Notes: a model not told the origin generated them from the letters alone. A stretch of 45,204 nt of DNA from Coleofasciculus sp. B1-GNL1-01 (GCA_040220235.1 JAVJTO010000089.1); one strand, 5' to 3'; numbered from the stretch's first letter, positions 28,105 through 39,220 are shown. Program-made: numbers and translations.

Positions 28105-29496
28105 ATGCCTACACTGAAACTGCCTGATAATCCTCCGACTCGACCCTTGCTGCATCAGATCCAGTGGCTGACTCAACCCCTAGAGGTGCTGGAAACCTAC
28201 GCTCAACAGTATGGTGATATTTTCACTTTTCCAATTGGCATAGGCAGTAAGCCAACTGTATTAATTAGCAACCCTCAAGGGATTCAGGAGATTTTTAGCG
28301 CCAGTCCAAACCAGTTAGACTCTGGTGAAGCAGCGGGTATTAAACTCCCTTTGCTGGGACAGCAGTCATTGATCGCCCTCTCAGGAAAGCGCCACCAACG
28401 ACAGCGAAAGCTTTTGACTCCCCCTTTTCATGGAGAACGGATGTTAGCTTATGGTCAACTTATCCATGACATTATTCTTGAAGTGACGTCACGGTGGAAA
28501 ATTGGCGAACCCTTTTCAGTACGTTCGTCCATGCAGGAGATATCCTTCGAGGTCATTTTAAAAGCTGTTTTTGGTTTAGAGGAAGGTTCCCGTTACGCAC
28601 AGTTAAAAGAACTCCTTACTGCAAGACTGAATCCCAAGCTCCCTCTTTTACAAGCTGCCACACTTCTTTTCCCAGCACTGCAACAGGATTTAGGTCCTTG
28701 GAGTCCATGGGGACACTTCCTACGCCAACGGCAGCAAATCGATGAACTCATCTACGCCGAAATCGCAGAACGTCGCCAGCAATTAGATCTATCTCGGACT
28801 GATATTTTGTCTTTAATGATGTCGGCTCGTGATGAAGGGGGTGAGGCGATGAGCGATGTAGAATTACGTGATGAGTTAATTACTCTGTTGGTAGCAGGTC
28901 ACGAAACTACTGCCACTTCATTAGCATGGGCATTTTACTGGATTCATTATCTACCAGAGGTACGCCAGAAACTACTACAAGAGTTAGACTCCTTGGGTGG
29001 AAATTCAGATCCTAATACCATTTTCCGATTGCCTTATTTGAATGCCGTATGTCAAGAAACACTGCGTATTTATCCCGTAACGCTGTTTGCTTTCCCGCGA
29101 GTGGTCAAATCCTCACTACAAATTATGGGTTACCAGTTTGAACCAGGTATGATAGTCTCTCCCTGTATTTATCTAACTCATCATCGCGAAGATTTATACC
29201 CTGAACCCAAGCAGTTTAAACCAGAACGCTTTCTAGAACGTCAATTTTTACCCTATGAGTATTTACCCTTTGGAGGTGGGAACCGTCGCTGTCTTGGTAT
29301 GGCATTTGCCCTGTTTGAAATGAAGCTAGTTTTGGCTAAAGTACTTGCTCATTGGCACATGGAACTGGTGGGAAGTAAACCTGTACAACCAGTACGCAAA
29401 GGTCTTTTAATGACACCTGAAAAAGGGGTTCCTATGGTAATAAAGGGTAAGCGATTTAATCAACGCATTCTCAAAATGGCTTCTAATTCCGCTTAA
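28105..29496 (+). CDS. Cytochrome P450 (CYP110-like)
   Basis: AGHETT, ETLR, PERF and haem motif FGGGNRRCLG. Confidence 0.95.
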   Translation: MPTLKLPDNPPTRPLLHQIQWLTQPLEVLETYAQQYGDIFTFPIGIGSKPTVLISNPQGIQEIFSASPNQLDSGEAAGIKLPLLGQQSLIALSGKRHQRQRKLLTPPFHGERMLAYGQLIHDIILEVTSRWKIGEPFSVRSSMQEISFEVILKAVFGLEEGSRYAQLKELLTARLNPKLPLLQAATLLFPALQQDLGPWSPWGHFLRQRQQIDELIYAEIAERRQQLDLSRTDILSLMMSARDEGGEAMSDVELRDELITLLVAGHETTATSLAWAFYWIHYLPEVRQKLLQELDSLGGNSDPNTIFRLPYLNAVCQETLRIYPVTLFAFPRVVKSSLQIMGYQFEPGMIVSPCIYLTHHREDLYPEPKQFKPERFLERQFLPYEYLPFGGGNRRCLGMAFALFEMKLVLAKVLAHWHMELVGSKPVQPVRKGLLMTPEKGVPMVIKGKRFNQRILKMASNSA

Positions 29497-29569
29497 ACTC
29501 ATCCTGCTATTGATTATTGTTTACCTCCAGCAAGAAAAAACTTACATCTCTTTTCAACAATCAGGGTGG

Positions 29570-30556
29570 TCAAACACCACCCTCAGTATCGTACCCATGG
29601 TATGATAAGTATGGTTTAAGCTCCTGGCAAATATGTTTGTACTTTCTTTGCACCTCTGGTAGCAAGTTAACGGAACGTGGTTCGATCAGAGTTTCATAAG
29701 CTAAATCAGCTTTTGACTGTAGTCCTAGAAATTGCAAAATACTGAAAATAGTTGCCTTAGGATGATGACAAATATCTTCATACTTGACAGATACATAATC
29801 TGTATTAGGCAATAAATCAACATTTTGTAAGAAGTAGGTTGTGGATTGAACAGACTGCTGAATGACTCGACGTAATCCCAAATTGAAGTAAGATGAGTAT
29901 AAAGCCTGATAAAAAAAGCGTTGCACAGGTTTTTCAAATATCTGTGTATACATTTGCGATAGCAGTGCAACATAAGGGTTTTTAGCAGCTAATATAGAGC
30001 GTGTAGCTTTCAGTTTTGAATTAATAACGTGAAGTGGGTGTCGATGAATGAAGATAAACTTAGATTTTGGAAAAACTTTTTTAACATATATAAAATGAGG
30101 AAAGCACCAAGGATTTTTAACTAATAATGGTCTATCTAGATTGGAAATAAATTGAATTTTTTTACATAGCTCTATAAACAAAAATAAATTCTCAGAATTC
30201 AGGTAAAATTCATAGCCTCTATTTTTAAGAATAAATCCATATTCTTCTGGCAAATCTGGAGTTGCTTCCACGTTATCAATAATACGATTATTTATGTTCA
30301 GGGATCGTAAAAGTTGATCTAACTCTTTAATCACCTTATTTTCAGTTTTATTTAGATAGTTTGATAAAATCTCTTTATACTTTATAATATGGTAGGCTTT
30401 GACAAAGTTGAAGCACTGCGTTGCTACTAATAATTTGTACAACAAGGTTGTTCCTGAGCGATGATCTCCCATAATAAAAATAGGACTGATATCGATGTTT
30501 GGAAGCAAGTTTAAGTAGAATTCATCAGTGGTTTTATTAATTTCTATAGATTCCAT
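29570..30556 (-). CDS. PAPS-dependent sulfotransferase
   Basis: 5'-PSB loop PIFIMGDHRSGTTLL, KNP, FIFIHRHP..VINS, VKYED, ILQFLGL; AT-rich. Confidence 0.88.
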   Translation of the reverse strand: MESIEINKTTDEFYLNLLPNIDISPIFIMGDHRSGTTLLYKLLVATQCFNFVKAYHIIKYKEILSNYLNKTENKVIKELDQLLRSLNINNRIIDNVEATPDLPEEYGFILKNRGYEFYLNSENLFLFIELCKKIQFISNLDRPLLVKNPWCFPHFIYVKKVFPKSKFIFIHRHPLHVINSKLKATRSILAAKNPYVALLSQMYTQIFEKPVQRFFYQALYSSYFNLGLRRVIQQSVQSTTYFLQNVDLLPNTDYVSVKYEDICHHPKATIFSILQFLGLQSKADLAYETLIEPRSVNLLPEVQRKYKHICQELKPYLSYHGYDTEGGV

Positions 30557-30572
30557 GTTTTTTATACGTTGA

Positions 30573-31853
30573 TTATTTTTTTGAAGCTAAGACTGGCTTC
30601 CCAGTAGATACAACCTGTTCAATAATATCAGCCGCTCGATTCACTCCTCCAGCCCGATGAATTGCTTCTTGTAACCGTACTGCATTTTGTTGGTAAGAAT
30701 CTTCCCTCAATACCTTTTCAATTGCACCTCGCAGCCAGAAAACACTTAAGTTGGCTAGGGGAACAAACTCGCCCGTACCTGTCCAAGCAATACGTGCTGC
30801 CACACCAGGTTGATCATTAGCAATCGGAATCGCTACCATTGGCACACCATTGCTCAAGGATTCCAGAGTAGTATTCATACCTGCATGAGTAATAGTCAAA
30901 GTCGCTTTTTGCAACAATTCCAATTGGGGTGCATAGCCAACAACTAACGGCGAACCGGGTAATTCTGGTAGAGATTCTGGACTCGCAGAACCACCCAGAG
31001 AGATTATCAATTGAGCATCTAATCCGACACAAGCTTCCGCAATTTGGTGAAAAACATGCATCAAGCGGTTTTGGAGAGTTCCCATTGAGGCATAAATTAG
31101 AGGTTTCCCAGTTAGCTTTTCAAAAGGGAAAGGAGCGGGTTCTCGGCTGGCGGGATTATGATAAGGTCCTGTGAAATGAAAACACTCAGGTAAATGCTGC
31201 CTGGGAAATTCCAACTCAGCAGGCTGTTGACTCAGTTGAGCCAGTTGGGAGTAAGCATCACCGTAGCTAGAATTAACGGGCAAATTCCACTTTTGGCGGT
31301 ACTCTGCAACTACGTTTTGGATAGGTCGCCCAAGCCTATCCAGTAACTTGTAACCCAATCGGTTTCGCAGACGCGCCCACCAAACCGGACTATAGCGCCA
31401 GTCAGAGAAAAAGGGAGGAAGATTGTAGTCTCGATTTAACATTAAGGCACAGCAGACAGTCACAAAGGGAATGTCCAATAATTCAGCAACTGTTCGTCCT
31501 CCGGGTGAAACTTGATCGACTAGCAGCGCCTCCACACCAGCCGCTTTGATAGCATCCGGAGCTTCTCGGAAAAACATTGCTGTCCGTTTAGCTATCCAAT
31601 TGATGGTGTATTGCAAGGCGGGGCGACCATTGAGTTTACCTAATTGGGCAAACAATTCAGCATTTGCCCCAAGAGGGTACTCAGATTCACCAATTGCCCA
31701 AAAATCCAGTCCTGCTGCCACAGTTTTGGGCTGAGCATCGAGTATTCCAAATAGGGTAACACGATGACCACGCTTGTTTAGCTCGTATCCTAACGTGGTC
31801 ATCGGGTTGAGGTGACCTGCTGAAGCAGGACAGATGATGCCAAAGTGGGTCAT
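30573..31853 (-). CDS. GT1-family (MGT/CrtX-like) glycosyltransferase
   Basis: GHLNPM..LG.EL..RGHRVT, YASMGTLQN, YAPQLELL, ITHAGMNT, DQPGVAAR. Start placed at ATG 31853 (MTHFG). Confidence 0.92.
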   Translation of the reverse strand: MTHFGIICPASAGHLNPMTTLGYELNKRGHRVTLFGILDAQPKTVAAGLDFWAIGESEYPLGANAELFAQLGKLNGRPALQYTINWIAKRTAMFFREAPDAIKAAGVEALLVDQVSPGGRTVAELLDIPFVTVCCALMLNRDYNLPPFFSDWRYSPVWWARLRNRLGYKLLDRLGRPIQNVVAEYRQKWNLPVNSSYGDAYSQLAQLSQQPAELEFPRQHLPECFHFTGPYHNPASREPAPFPFEKLTGKPLIYASMGTLQNRLMHVFHQIAEACVGLDAQLIISLGGSASPESLPELPGSPLVVGYAPQLELLQKATLTITHAGMNTTLESLSNGVPMVAIPIANDQPGVAARIAWTGTGEFVPLANLSVFWLRGAIEKVLREDSYQQNAVRLQEAIHRAGGVNRAADIIEQVVSTGKPVLASKK

Positions 31854-31960
31854 ATCAGTTTGAGATTGTAAATGGGATGATCTCCAGAGCGATCGCGCCA
31901 AAGTGTTAATCTCCAGAGTACTCTAGTTAATAGCGATCGCGATAATTATAGGGGACAGGA

Positions 31961-33013
31961 ATGGAACTGTTTGTGCCAGGTCGCCTTTGTCTGTTTGGTG
32001 AGCATAGCGATTGGGCGGGAGGCTACCGCCGCCTGAATCCTCAGCTTGAAAAAGGCTACACCATTATCACAGGTACCAACCAGGGACTCTATGCCAACGT
32101 CAAGCCCCACCCTACTCATTTCATTCTTCACGCTTCCCTGAGTGATGGTATTCGTCCAGAACCCATTCAGTTGCCCATGGAACGCTCTGTTCTCCTGGCT
32201 GAAGCCCAAAAGGGAGGGTTTTGCAGTTATGCGGCTGGCGTCGCCTATCATTTTCTCACTTACTTCCAAGTAGATGGCGTAGAAATCGATAACTATCGCA
32301 CTGATTTACCCATACAGAAAGGATTATCATCCAGTGCCGCTATTTGCGTTTTAGTCGCACGCGCTTTTAATCGCTTGTATGACCTAAAAATGAATCGGCG
32401 AGGCGAAATGGAATATGCTTATCTGGGCGAGACAACCACACCCTCTCGCTGTGGACGTATGGATCAAGCCTGCGCTTATGGGAATCAACCCATCGCCATG
32501 ATTTTTGATGGTGCATCGGCAGATATTATTGAGCTAAACGTTGCCAAAGATTTGTTTTTTGTCATTGTTGATCTGGGCGCGAGTAAAAATACCCAAGAAA
32601 TCCTCAGCCGCCTGAATCAGTGTTATCCCTTTGGTACTGATAACGTGCAGAAGAATGTACAGCACTATCTCGGCACTATTAGTTATCAAATTACTCAAGA
32701 AGCGGTTGAAGCACTGCAAGCGGGAGATGCTCAAAAGTTGGGTCAGTTGATGACCCAGGCACAAGCTGAATTTGATCGCTATCTCATCCCCGCTTGTTCC
32801 CAACAATTGACGGCTCCCGTTTTGCACCAACTGCTCAATTATGAGCCGATTCAACCTTATATTTTAGGGGGGAAGGGTGTAGGTTCTCAAGGCGATGGCA
32901 CTGCCCAATTTATTGTAAAAAATAAAACCAGTCAACAAAAAGTTATCCGAATTATCAAGCGAGACTTTCCCAAAATGCATCCCTTGACGCTAACTATTCA
33001 TGCTAACTCTTAA
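31961..33013 (+). CDS. GHMP-family (galactokinase-like) kinase
   Basis: PGRLCLFGEHSD, PIQKGLSSSAA, CGRMDQ, GGKGVGSQGDG. Confidence 0.88.
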   Translation: MELFVPGRLCLFGEHSDWAGGYRRLNPQLEKGYTIITGTNQGLYANVKPHPTHFILHASLSDGIRPEPIQLPMERSVLLAEAQKGGFCSYAAGVAYHFLTYFQVDGVEIDNYRTDLPIQKGLSSSAAICVLVARAFNRLYDLKMNRRGEMEYAYLGETTTPSRCGRMDQACAYGNQPIAMIFDGASADIIELNVAKDLFFVIVDLGASKNTQEILSRLNQCYPFGTDNVQKNVQHYLGTISYQITQEAVEALQAGDAQKLGQLMTQAQAEFDRYLIPACSQQLTAPVLHQLLNYEPIQPYILGGKGVGSQGDGTAQFIVKNKTSQQKVIRIIKRDFPKMHPLTLTIHANS

Positions 33014-33322
33014 TAGTTTTGACTATTCCGACTACGGAAAAGGGTTAAAACTTACAACAAAAATAATATAACTATGTCAATTATAACTCGGTTAACCTGC
33101 CCAAATTATTTCATAATAGTCGTCTTAGTTTTACCGACTTTAAGCTGTTCGGCATTTAAGCATTAATTAATGTCAATAATTGCGAAATCCTTGCCGTAGT
33201 GCGAGCATCTTGCTCGCTAGGGGGAACTTCAGTTTAACCTTGAGGTTGGCAGTCAAATCCCTGTTCCCTGTTCTCTCCCCTCACCCCAATACTGATTCAG
33301 CAACCCTTAACTAGAGTTCACC

Positions 33323-34237
33323 CTAGTTATTAGATTCCAGGAATCCTTGTTCAATAAGGAACTCTTTAGCTACCTCACCCGGTTCCCGTTGTTTCCCAGT
33401 TACCTGGTAATTGAGACGTTGCATTGCCTCATCTGTAATTGTTGCCGAAAGCTCATTGAGTATCGTGGCAATTTCTGGGTTTTCTTCTAGGACATCCTGA
33501 CGCACAACGGGCGCAACTTCATAAGGAGGAAAGAAATTTTTGTCATCTTTAATTCTGACCAAATTCAGAGCGCTGACTTCTCCATCTGTGGCAAAGCCAA
33601 CGGCAATATCAGCTTGATCTTGAGCCAAGGCTTGATATCTCAATGCGGCATTCACGGCTTTATACTCTGCTAATTTAAAATCACCGTATACTTGCTTCAG
33701 CCCAGATAATCCATCAGGACGCCCCTGGAACTCATAGGTGCCAACCATCTTCAGTTCATTAGCTTGAGGCACTATATCAGAAATCGTTTCAATTCCATAC
33801 TCTTGGGCATCCTCTGGCGTCATAAACAGCGTGTATGTATTATTCATGGGGGCGGGTTCCAGCCACTCTAAATTAAACTGTTCCGCATACTCCTGGGAAA
33901 CGATTTCATAGACTTCTTGGGAATCGCTATTCCGGGGACGCTTCAAAATTGTGATCAATCCAGTCCCTGTATATTCTGGATATAAATCAATTTCTCCCGA
34001 TTTGAGACTCTCGTGAGTCACCTGAGTCCCCCCTAGGTTGAGTTTGCGTTCTACGGGAAAGCCTTCCTCTTCTAATACCAGCGCATACATTTCTCCTAAG
34101 ATAAATTGTTCAGCAAAATCTTTTGAGCCAACTCGAATCGCTCCTGATTCTGCACTATCACCACCGCAACTGCTAAGGGTTGCGATCGCGAAAAGAGTTA
34201 GTAATGGTAGAATTACCAATTGACGGATTTTTTGCAT
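33323..34237 (-). CDS. Glycine betaine/osmoprotectant ABC substrate-binding lipoprotein (OsmF/OpuCC-like)
   Basis: Lipobox LSSC, VGSKDFAEQ, IDLYPEYTGT, NNTY, DDKNFFPPY. Start placed at ATG 34237. Confidence 0.9.
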   Translation of the reverse strand: MQKIRQLVILPLLTLFAIATLSSCGGDSAESGAIRVGSKDFAEQFILGEMYALVLEEEGFPVERKLNLGGTQVTHESLKSGEIDLYPEYTGTGLITILKRPRNSDSQEVYEIVSQEYAEQFNLEWLEPAPMNNTYTLFMTPEDAQEYGIETISDIVPQANELKMVGTYEFQGRPDGLSGLKQVYGDFKLAEYKAVNAALRYQALAQDQADIAVGFATDGEVSALNLVRIKDDKNFFPPYEVAPVVRQDVLEENPEIATILNELSATITDEAMQRLNYQVTGKQREPGEVAKEFLIEQGFLESNN

Positions 34238-34288
34238 TATGCAGGTTTTCTGGGTTTCCTTCCAAGAGTCTAGCCAACACAATTCTAG

Positions 34289-34320
34289 CTGTAGAGACGC
34301 GCCATGGCGCGTCTCTACAG
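34289..34320. repeat. Perfect 32-bp REP palindrome
   Basis: CTGTAGAGACGCGCCATGGCGCGTCTCTACAG. Confidence 0.88.
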
Positions 34321-34336
34321 TACAATGAGGATTCGA

Positions 34337-36043
34337 TTACTGAATCTCTAAGGGCATCCGCCCAGACAGTAAGGCTTTGGTCGAAGACTCACCTGCTTTT
34401 TTCAACTGTCGCGTTAGTTGAAGATTCAACAGGACTAATGCTAGGGATTGACCAACGAGGGCGAATAATACGGAGGTTCCCGCCGCATATTGGATGCTAG
34501 CCCAAGGAAACGCCGAAAACAGCCATACCCCAGGTTCTACTAATGGGGACATGGACAACACTTCCAGAATAATCGGCGGTAAGATAATCAGTCCACCAAC
34601 CACCGTTGCAGCCCAAACCGCCCGCTTCGGTGTTTTCATCAACAGCATAAGCTGTCCAATTGAAGCATAGAAAACGATGAGACTGACCGTAATCAACACA
34701 CCCAAAATCGCGGGTGTCTTGTAGTCATTGGGCGACCATAGCAGAATCCATGGCAGTAAAATAGCAGACGCGATCGCTAAATTCAAGAAAATCGCCACAG
34801 GAGCAGGACTGGTTTTGCCCCAGATTAAGTCTGCCATAATTCCAGCCTTGCGGGACGAGCGTTTGGCATGGCGGTAACGCGCCCAATCTTGCATCGTTTG
34901 ACGATGGGGACTCAACGCTGCAATTAACCCTAAAAACAGGATCAAGTTAAACATTAGCAGGATTTCCAGATTCTCAAACAATCCTTCAGCATAACTTTTC
35001 CATTCATGTACCTGAGGATTTAGGGCAAATCCGAGAATCATCACTTCAAAGCAAGCCGTTAACCGATAACTTTGTCGCTTACTCAGTAAGGTAGCCGTAG
35101 GGTTGTGAAAATTTCGATTTAACCCCTGCCAAATCCAGTAACTCCATAAACCCGCATTGAGAATAGCAAATCCTGCCATCATCCAGATTGTCTTTCCAAG
35201 GGGGAGATAAAACCAAAGCAAGTCCCAAAAATCACCGTTTGGATACGTATTAACGACATCTAGAGAACTCGAATCAATCAGGTACGGTAACAAAATTGCC
35301 GGATTAAATAAGGTCAGCCAATCGGTAGGATAATCAGTCATACCCCCATCAATAACGCTGGTGCTAATCGATAGGAATAGGAGAATTGCCCCACCGCCCA
35401 ACCAAGCTTGAAAACCGCCCAACCAATTACCGACTAAGCCAAAAAGTAACGCCCCACTGAAAAAGAATAGGCAACTAGCACCTAGAACCGTGTAGAAAGC
35501 TAAAATCTGACTCAAACCAATGTGACCTGCCATACCCGCCACCAGATGCAAGGGCAAGGCGAGGGCGGCGACTAGATAAAGTAACAGGGGGACTCCCAAT
35601 AATTTGCCGCCTAAAATACTCAGCGTTGAACCCGGAGTCAGCCGTATAAAATTCAGAGTACCCCGACGTTCTTCCTGAGACAAATCACTAATCAGCATAT
35701 AAGTGCCGACGACTAATAGGGCAAAAATACCGATTAGGCTGAGTCCCAAAAATACATCCTGCCACCAGAGTGACCAATTGATCACAAATCCACCCAAACC
35801 ATCGGATAGACAGGCGGGAATCGTAGAGTATTCCTCAGTTGAACCTGTACAATAACGGTTGTAAACCATCATGGTCTCTTTAGCCACGGGTAATTGACCC
35901 GCGAAAGCCATCAGCAGCAGTAACTGTCCCAGGAAAGACATGGCGACGGCAATTAAAATATTGCGAGGTTTAAGCCGTCCTTTGATTTCCCGAAACAACT
36001 GGGGATTCAATTCACCCAGTTGGTTAACTAAATTCAGTGCCAT
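34337..36043 (-). CDS. Polytopic membrane protein, ABC-2 permease-like
   Basis: NPQLFREIKGRL and EERRGTLNFIRLTP....ILGGKLLG motifs; more than 10 hydrophobic segments. Confidence 0.75.
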   Translation of the reverse strand: MALNLVNQLGELNPQLFREIKGRLKPRNILIAVAMSFLGQLLLLMAFAGQLPVAKETMMVYNRYCTGSTEEYSTIPACLSDGLGGFVINWSLWWQDVFLGLSLIGIFALLVVGTYMLISDLSQEERRGTLNFIRLTPGSTLSILGGKLLGVPLLLYLVAALALPLHLVAGMAGHIGLSQILAFYTVLGASCLFFFSGALLFGLVGNWLGGFQAWLGGGAILLFLSISTSVIDGGMTDYPTDWLTLFNPAILLPYLIDSSSLDVVNTYPNGDFWDLLWFYLPLGKTIWMMAGFAILNAGLWSYWIWQGLNRNFHNPTATLLSKRQSYRLTACFEVMILGFALNPQVHEWKSYAEGLFENLEILLMFNLILFLGLIAALSPHRQTMQDWARYRHAKRSSRKAGIMADLIWGKTSPAPVAIFLNLAIASAILLPWILLWSPNDYKTPAILGVLITVSLIVFYASIGQLMLLMKTPKRAVWAATVVGGLIILPPIILEVLSMSPLVEPGVWLFSAFPWASIQYAAGTSVLFALVGQSLALVLLNLQLTRQLKKAGESSTKALLSGRMPLEIQ

Positions 36044-36345
36044 CGTAATCTCAGTCTCCGTAGGTAAAAGCTTATAGTGTTCTAACTCGATAAGTTTTGT
36101 GCGTTCTCCAGTTCGTTCCCGATGAGCGAATCCTCAAAAACTCATCACTACAATTCGTTCTTCTCCTCCTCACCAATCACCTCTTCCCCAATCCCCAATC
36201 CCCATTTTCCCGGCAAAATTCAAAAATTGAAACATTGATTCCGGTCAGGGGGGTCAATTAGCCGTTATCATAAGAGACTGCCTGGTCAGTCATAAGGTTC
36301 AGGTGTCCACGTTTTGATATTGTCCCCAAGATTACACGATAAGTT

Positions 36346-37437
36346 ATGGCACAGCAGCACTACCGCATTACCCTTTTGCCAGGTGATGGCATCGGTCCAG
36401 AAATTATGGCAGTCGCGGTAGATGTGTTAAACGTGATTGGCGCACAGTTCGACCTGAGCTTTGAATTCACTGAAGCCTTAATTGGAGGGGCGGCAATTGA
36501 TGCTACCGGGGAACCCCTACCAACTGACACCCTGGAAAAATGCCGCCATAGCGACGCTGTTTTACTGGCGGCTATCGGTGGTTATCAATGGGATAACCTG
36601 CCGCGCCATCAACGCCCAGAAACAGGTTTGTTGGGATTACGAGCAGGATTGGGTTTATTTGCCAATTTACGACCTGCCACCATATTACCCCAACTCATTG
36701 ATGCCTCAACCTTAAAACGGGAGGTGGTTGACGGAGTGGATATTATGGTGGTGCGAGAATTGACAGGCGGGGTTTATTTCGGTCAGCCCAAGGGTATCTT
36801 TACCACTGAAACCGGGGAAAAGCGGGGGGTGAATACAATGGCGTATACCGAAGCCGAAATTGACCGGATTGGACGAGTGGCATTTGAAACCGCTCGCAAA
36901 CGCCAGGGTAAACTCTGTTCGGTTGATAAAGCTAATGTTCTGGAGGTATCTCAATTATGGCGCGATCGCATGACTCAATTAGCGGCTGAGTATCCGGATG
37001 TGGAGTTATCTCATCTGTATGTTGACAATGCTGCCATGCAGTTAGTCAGGGCACCTAAGCAGTTTGATACGATTGTCACGGGCAATTTATTCGGAGATGT
37101 GCTTTCTGATGCGGCGGCGATGCTCACCGGGAGTATTGGCATGTTACCCTCTGCCAGTTTAGGGGAAAAAGGACCTGGCGTTTTTGAACCCGTTCACGGT
37201 TCCGCGCCGGATATTGCTGGACAAAATAAGGCAAATCCCTTGGCTCAAGTCTTGAGTGCCGCTATGATGCTACGCTATGGGTTGAATCAACCAACGGCGG
37301 CTGACCAAATTGAGCAAGCCGTTTTTAAAGTTTTAGAGAAAGGTAACCGTACAGGGGATATTATGTCAGCAGGAATGACGCTTGTCGGTTGCCAGGAGAT
37401 GGGAAATGCTTTGATTGAGATTCTCAAACAGCCATAA
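36346..37437 (+). CDS. leuB: 3-isopropylmalate dehydrogenase
   Basis: [54 protein letters not shown]. Confidence 0.97.
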   Translation: MAQQHYRITLLPGDGIGPEIMAVAVDVLNVIGAQFDLSFEFTEALIGGAAIDATGEPLPTDTLEKCRHSDAVLLAAIGGYQWDNLPRHQRPETGLLGLRAGLGLFANLRPATILPQLIDASTLKREVVDGVDIMVVRELTGGVYFGQPKGIFTTETGEKRGVNTMAYTEAEIDRIGRVAFETARKRQGKLCSVDKANVLEVSQLWRDRMTQLAAEYPDVELSHLYVDNAAMQLVRAPKQFDTIVTGNLFGDVLSDAAAMLTGSIGMLPSASLGEKGPGVFEPVHGSAPDIAGQNKANPLAQVLSAAMMLRYGLNQPTAADQIEQAVFKVLEKGNRTGDIMSAGMTLVGCQEMGNALIEILKQP

Positions 37438-37526
37438 GTTAAATCAACTAGGAGCGCAGCGACTCGCTCCACAGCGAAACGTCCGACAAGAATCATGGTG
37501 GTGAATTAAACAATAGGGTTAGGCGG

Positions 37527-37793
37527 GTGGTATACACATCACAGCAATGGCAAGAAGAGTATCAAGACACTCGAACCGGGTTACCGATGTTGTTAGACCC
37601 GGGTCTTCTCAGAGCCGCTCGGCAGATATACCATACCTATTATGAAGTCCATCCCCACCTAACCCAACGTCCCATGGGTGTGGCAATTGACCGCTTTACC
37701 TATCGTGGCAAGTTGATTTTTCGGGCGAAACCAATTCTTTTACCTCAAGAGTGTTTTGTACCATTGAGTCAGCTTGAGGCGGAAATTTATTAG
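37527..37793 (+). CDS. Small hypothetical protein
   Basis: 88 aa ORF with AARQIY..Y, GVAI, GKLIF..KPILLPQECFVP; start codon uncertain. Confidence 0.7.
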   Translation: MVYTSQQWQEEYQDTRTGLPMLLDPGLLRAARQIYHTYYEVHPHLTQRPMGVAIDRFTYRGKLIFRAKPILLPQECFVPLSQLEAEIY

Positions 37794-37838
37794 TCATTGG
37801 TCATTTGTCATTGGTCATTTGAGCCGAAAAACCCGCCC

Positions 37839-39113
37839 CTACAATTTACTTATTTTATCCGGTGGAATGGCTCGAATAATTGTCACTGGATTTAGGGGGG
37901 TAAAACGGGTGAGTTGGGCGACGGGAATGGAACGGGAAAGCTGAACTTGTAACAATCGATACGTCCAACCGCGATCGCTAAACCAGTTGACTGCCTGATT
38001 CAGGTGTTCTAAGGTGGCTAAGGCTAACACGATTATGCCATTATCTCCTAATTGTGCCTGAGTTCGTTCTAAAATCGTTAATAAATTCCCGCCACTTCCG
38101 CCAATAAACACCCGTTGGGGGGTGGGCAGTTGAGATAATATATCCGGTGCTGTACCATAAATAGAGGTAACATTCGTAACCTGTAAACGGCGGCAATTTT
38201 GTTCAATTAAAGCCGTTCCCATTGCCGTTTTTTCAATCGCATAGACTTGAGACGTCGGCGATAATCGGGCAATTTCAATGGAGACAGAACCTGTTCCCGC
38301 ACCAATATCCCAGATAATTTGTTCCGGTTGTAGGGATAGTTCCGCTAAAATCAGAGTACGGATTTCCCGCTTGGTGATTAAACCGGGGCGATCGCGAAAA
38401 CTGGCAAAACTGTGATCCGATAGCCCTAAAATGGGTAATGTGGCGACATCTAGAGGAGTATCACTAGGTTCAGACTGACGTAGGAGAATCACTACATTCA
38501 GCGGCGCGATCGCTTCTAAGTGTACAGCATCCACAGGCAAACATCGCACCCGTTCATCGGTTCCACCTAAATTTTCACATAGCCAAAACTGGTACTCACA
38601 GGGTAAATCCAGATCAAGTAACAGATTTGCGATCGCACTCGGCGTATTTATTTTATCTGTCAGTACGGCAATTTTGTCGGTTCCCTGTTGTAATACTTGG
38701 GTTAATCGTTCTAAGGAACGTCCGTGACTACTAATTGTCACCGCATCTTGCCAAGGAACTTTCACCCGACTAAACGCTAATTGTACCGCACTGACATGGG
38801 GATGAAACGTGAGATGTTCTCGTGGCAATTCAGCTAATAACAAACGTCCCAAGCCAAAAAACAAAGGATCGCCACTCACTAACACGATAATACAGCAATT
38901 TGGCTCATTCTCAGTCAACTGGCGACGAATCTGGCGGATCACCTGCGTCAAATCGCCCAAAACCAGGCGGGGGGCGGGATGATCAGGGAAGTAACTCAGG
39001 ACGCGATCGCTCCCGACTAACAGCGTCGCCCGTTCTACTAATTGTCGCACGGATTCTGTCAGTCCCGCCGCACCATCTAAACCGATTCCGACTACATGAA
39101 TGTCATTTGTCAT
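37839..39113 (-). CDS. cbiET: Bifunctional precorrin-6Y methyltransferase CbiE/CbiT (CobL)
   Basis: IHVVGIG, SGDPLFFGLG, SSHGR, ITKREIR, WDIGAGTGSVSIE, VFIGGSGG. Confidence 0.93.
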   Translation of the reverse strand: MTNDIHVVGIGLDGAAGLTESVRQLVERATLLVGSDRVLSYFPDHPAPRLVLGDLTQVIRQIRRQLTENEPNCCIIVLVSGDPLFFGLGRLLLAELPREHLTFHPHVSAVQLAFSRVKVPWQDAVTISSHGRSLERLTQVLQQGTDKIAVLTDKINTPSAIANLLLDLDLPCEYQFWLCENLGGTDERVRCLPVDAVHLEAIAPLNVVILLRQSEPSDTPLDVATLPILGLSDHSFASFRDRPGLITKREIRTLILAELSLQPEQIIWDIGAGTGSVSIEIARLSPTSQVYAIEKTAMGTALIEQNCRRLQVTNVTSIYGTAPDILSQLPTPQRVFIGGSGGNLLTILERTQAQLGDNGIIVLALATLEHLNQAVNWFSDRGWTYRLLQVQLSRSIPVAQLTRFTPLNPVTIIRAIPPDKISKL

Positions 39114-39220
39114 GGGTTATTTGTTATTAATATTTTATGGTGTTCGTAGTAGGCACTTTAATGCCAGAAACGCTAAAGCGCTTACTACAAGCGCTTACTA
39201 CAAATGCTTATAAGTTAAGT

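Noticed and set aside
33141..33310. Possible MITE between GHMP kinase and SBP genes
   Set aside because: Only unmatched end fragments (TAAGCTGTTCGGCATTT; TTCAGCAACCCT) and a small REP hairpin; no paired TIRs or TSD.
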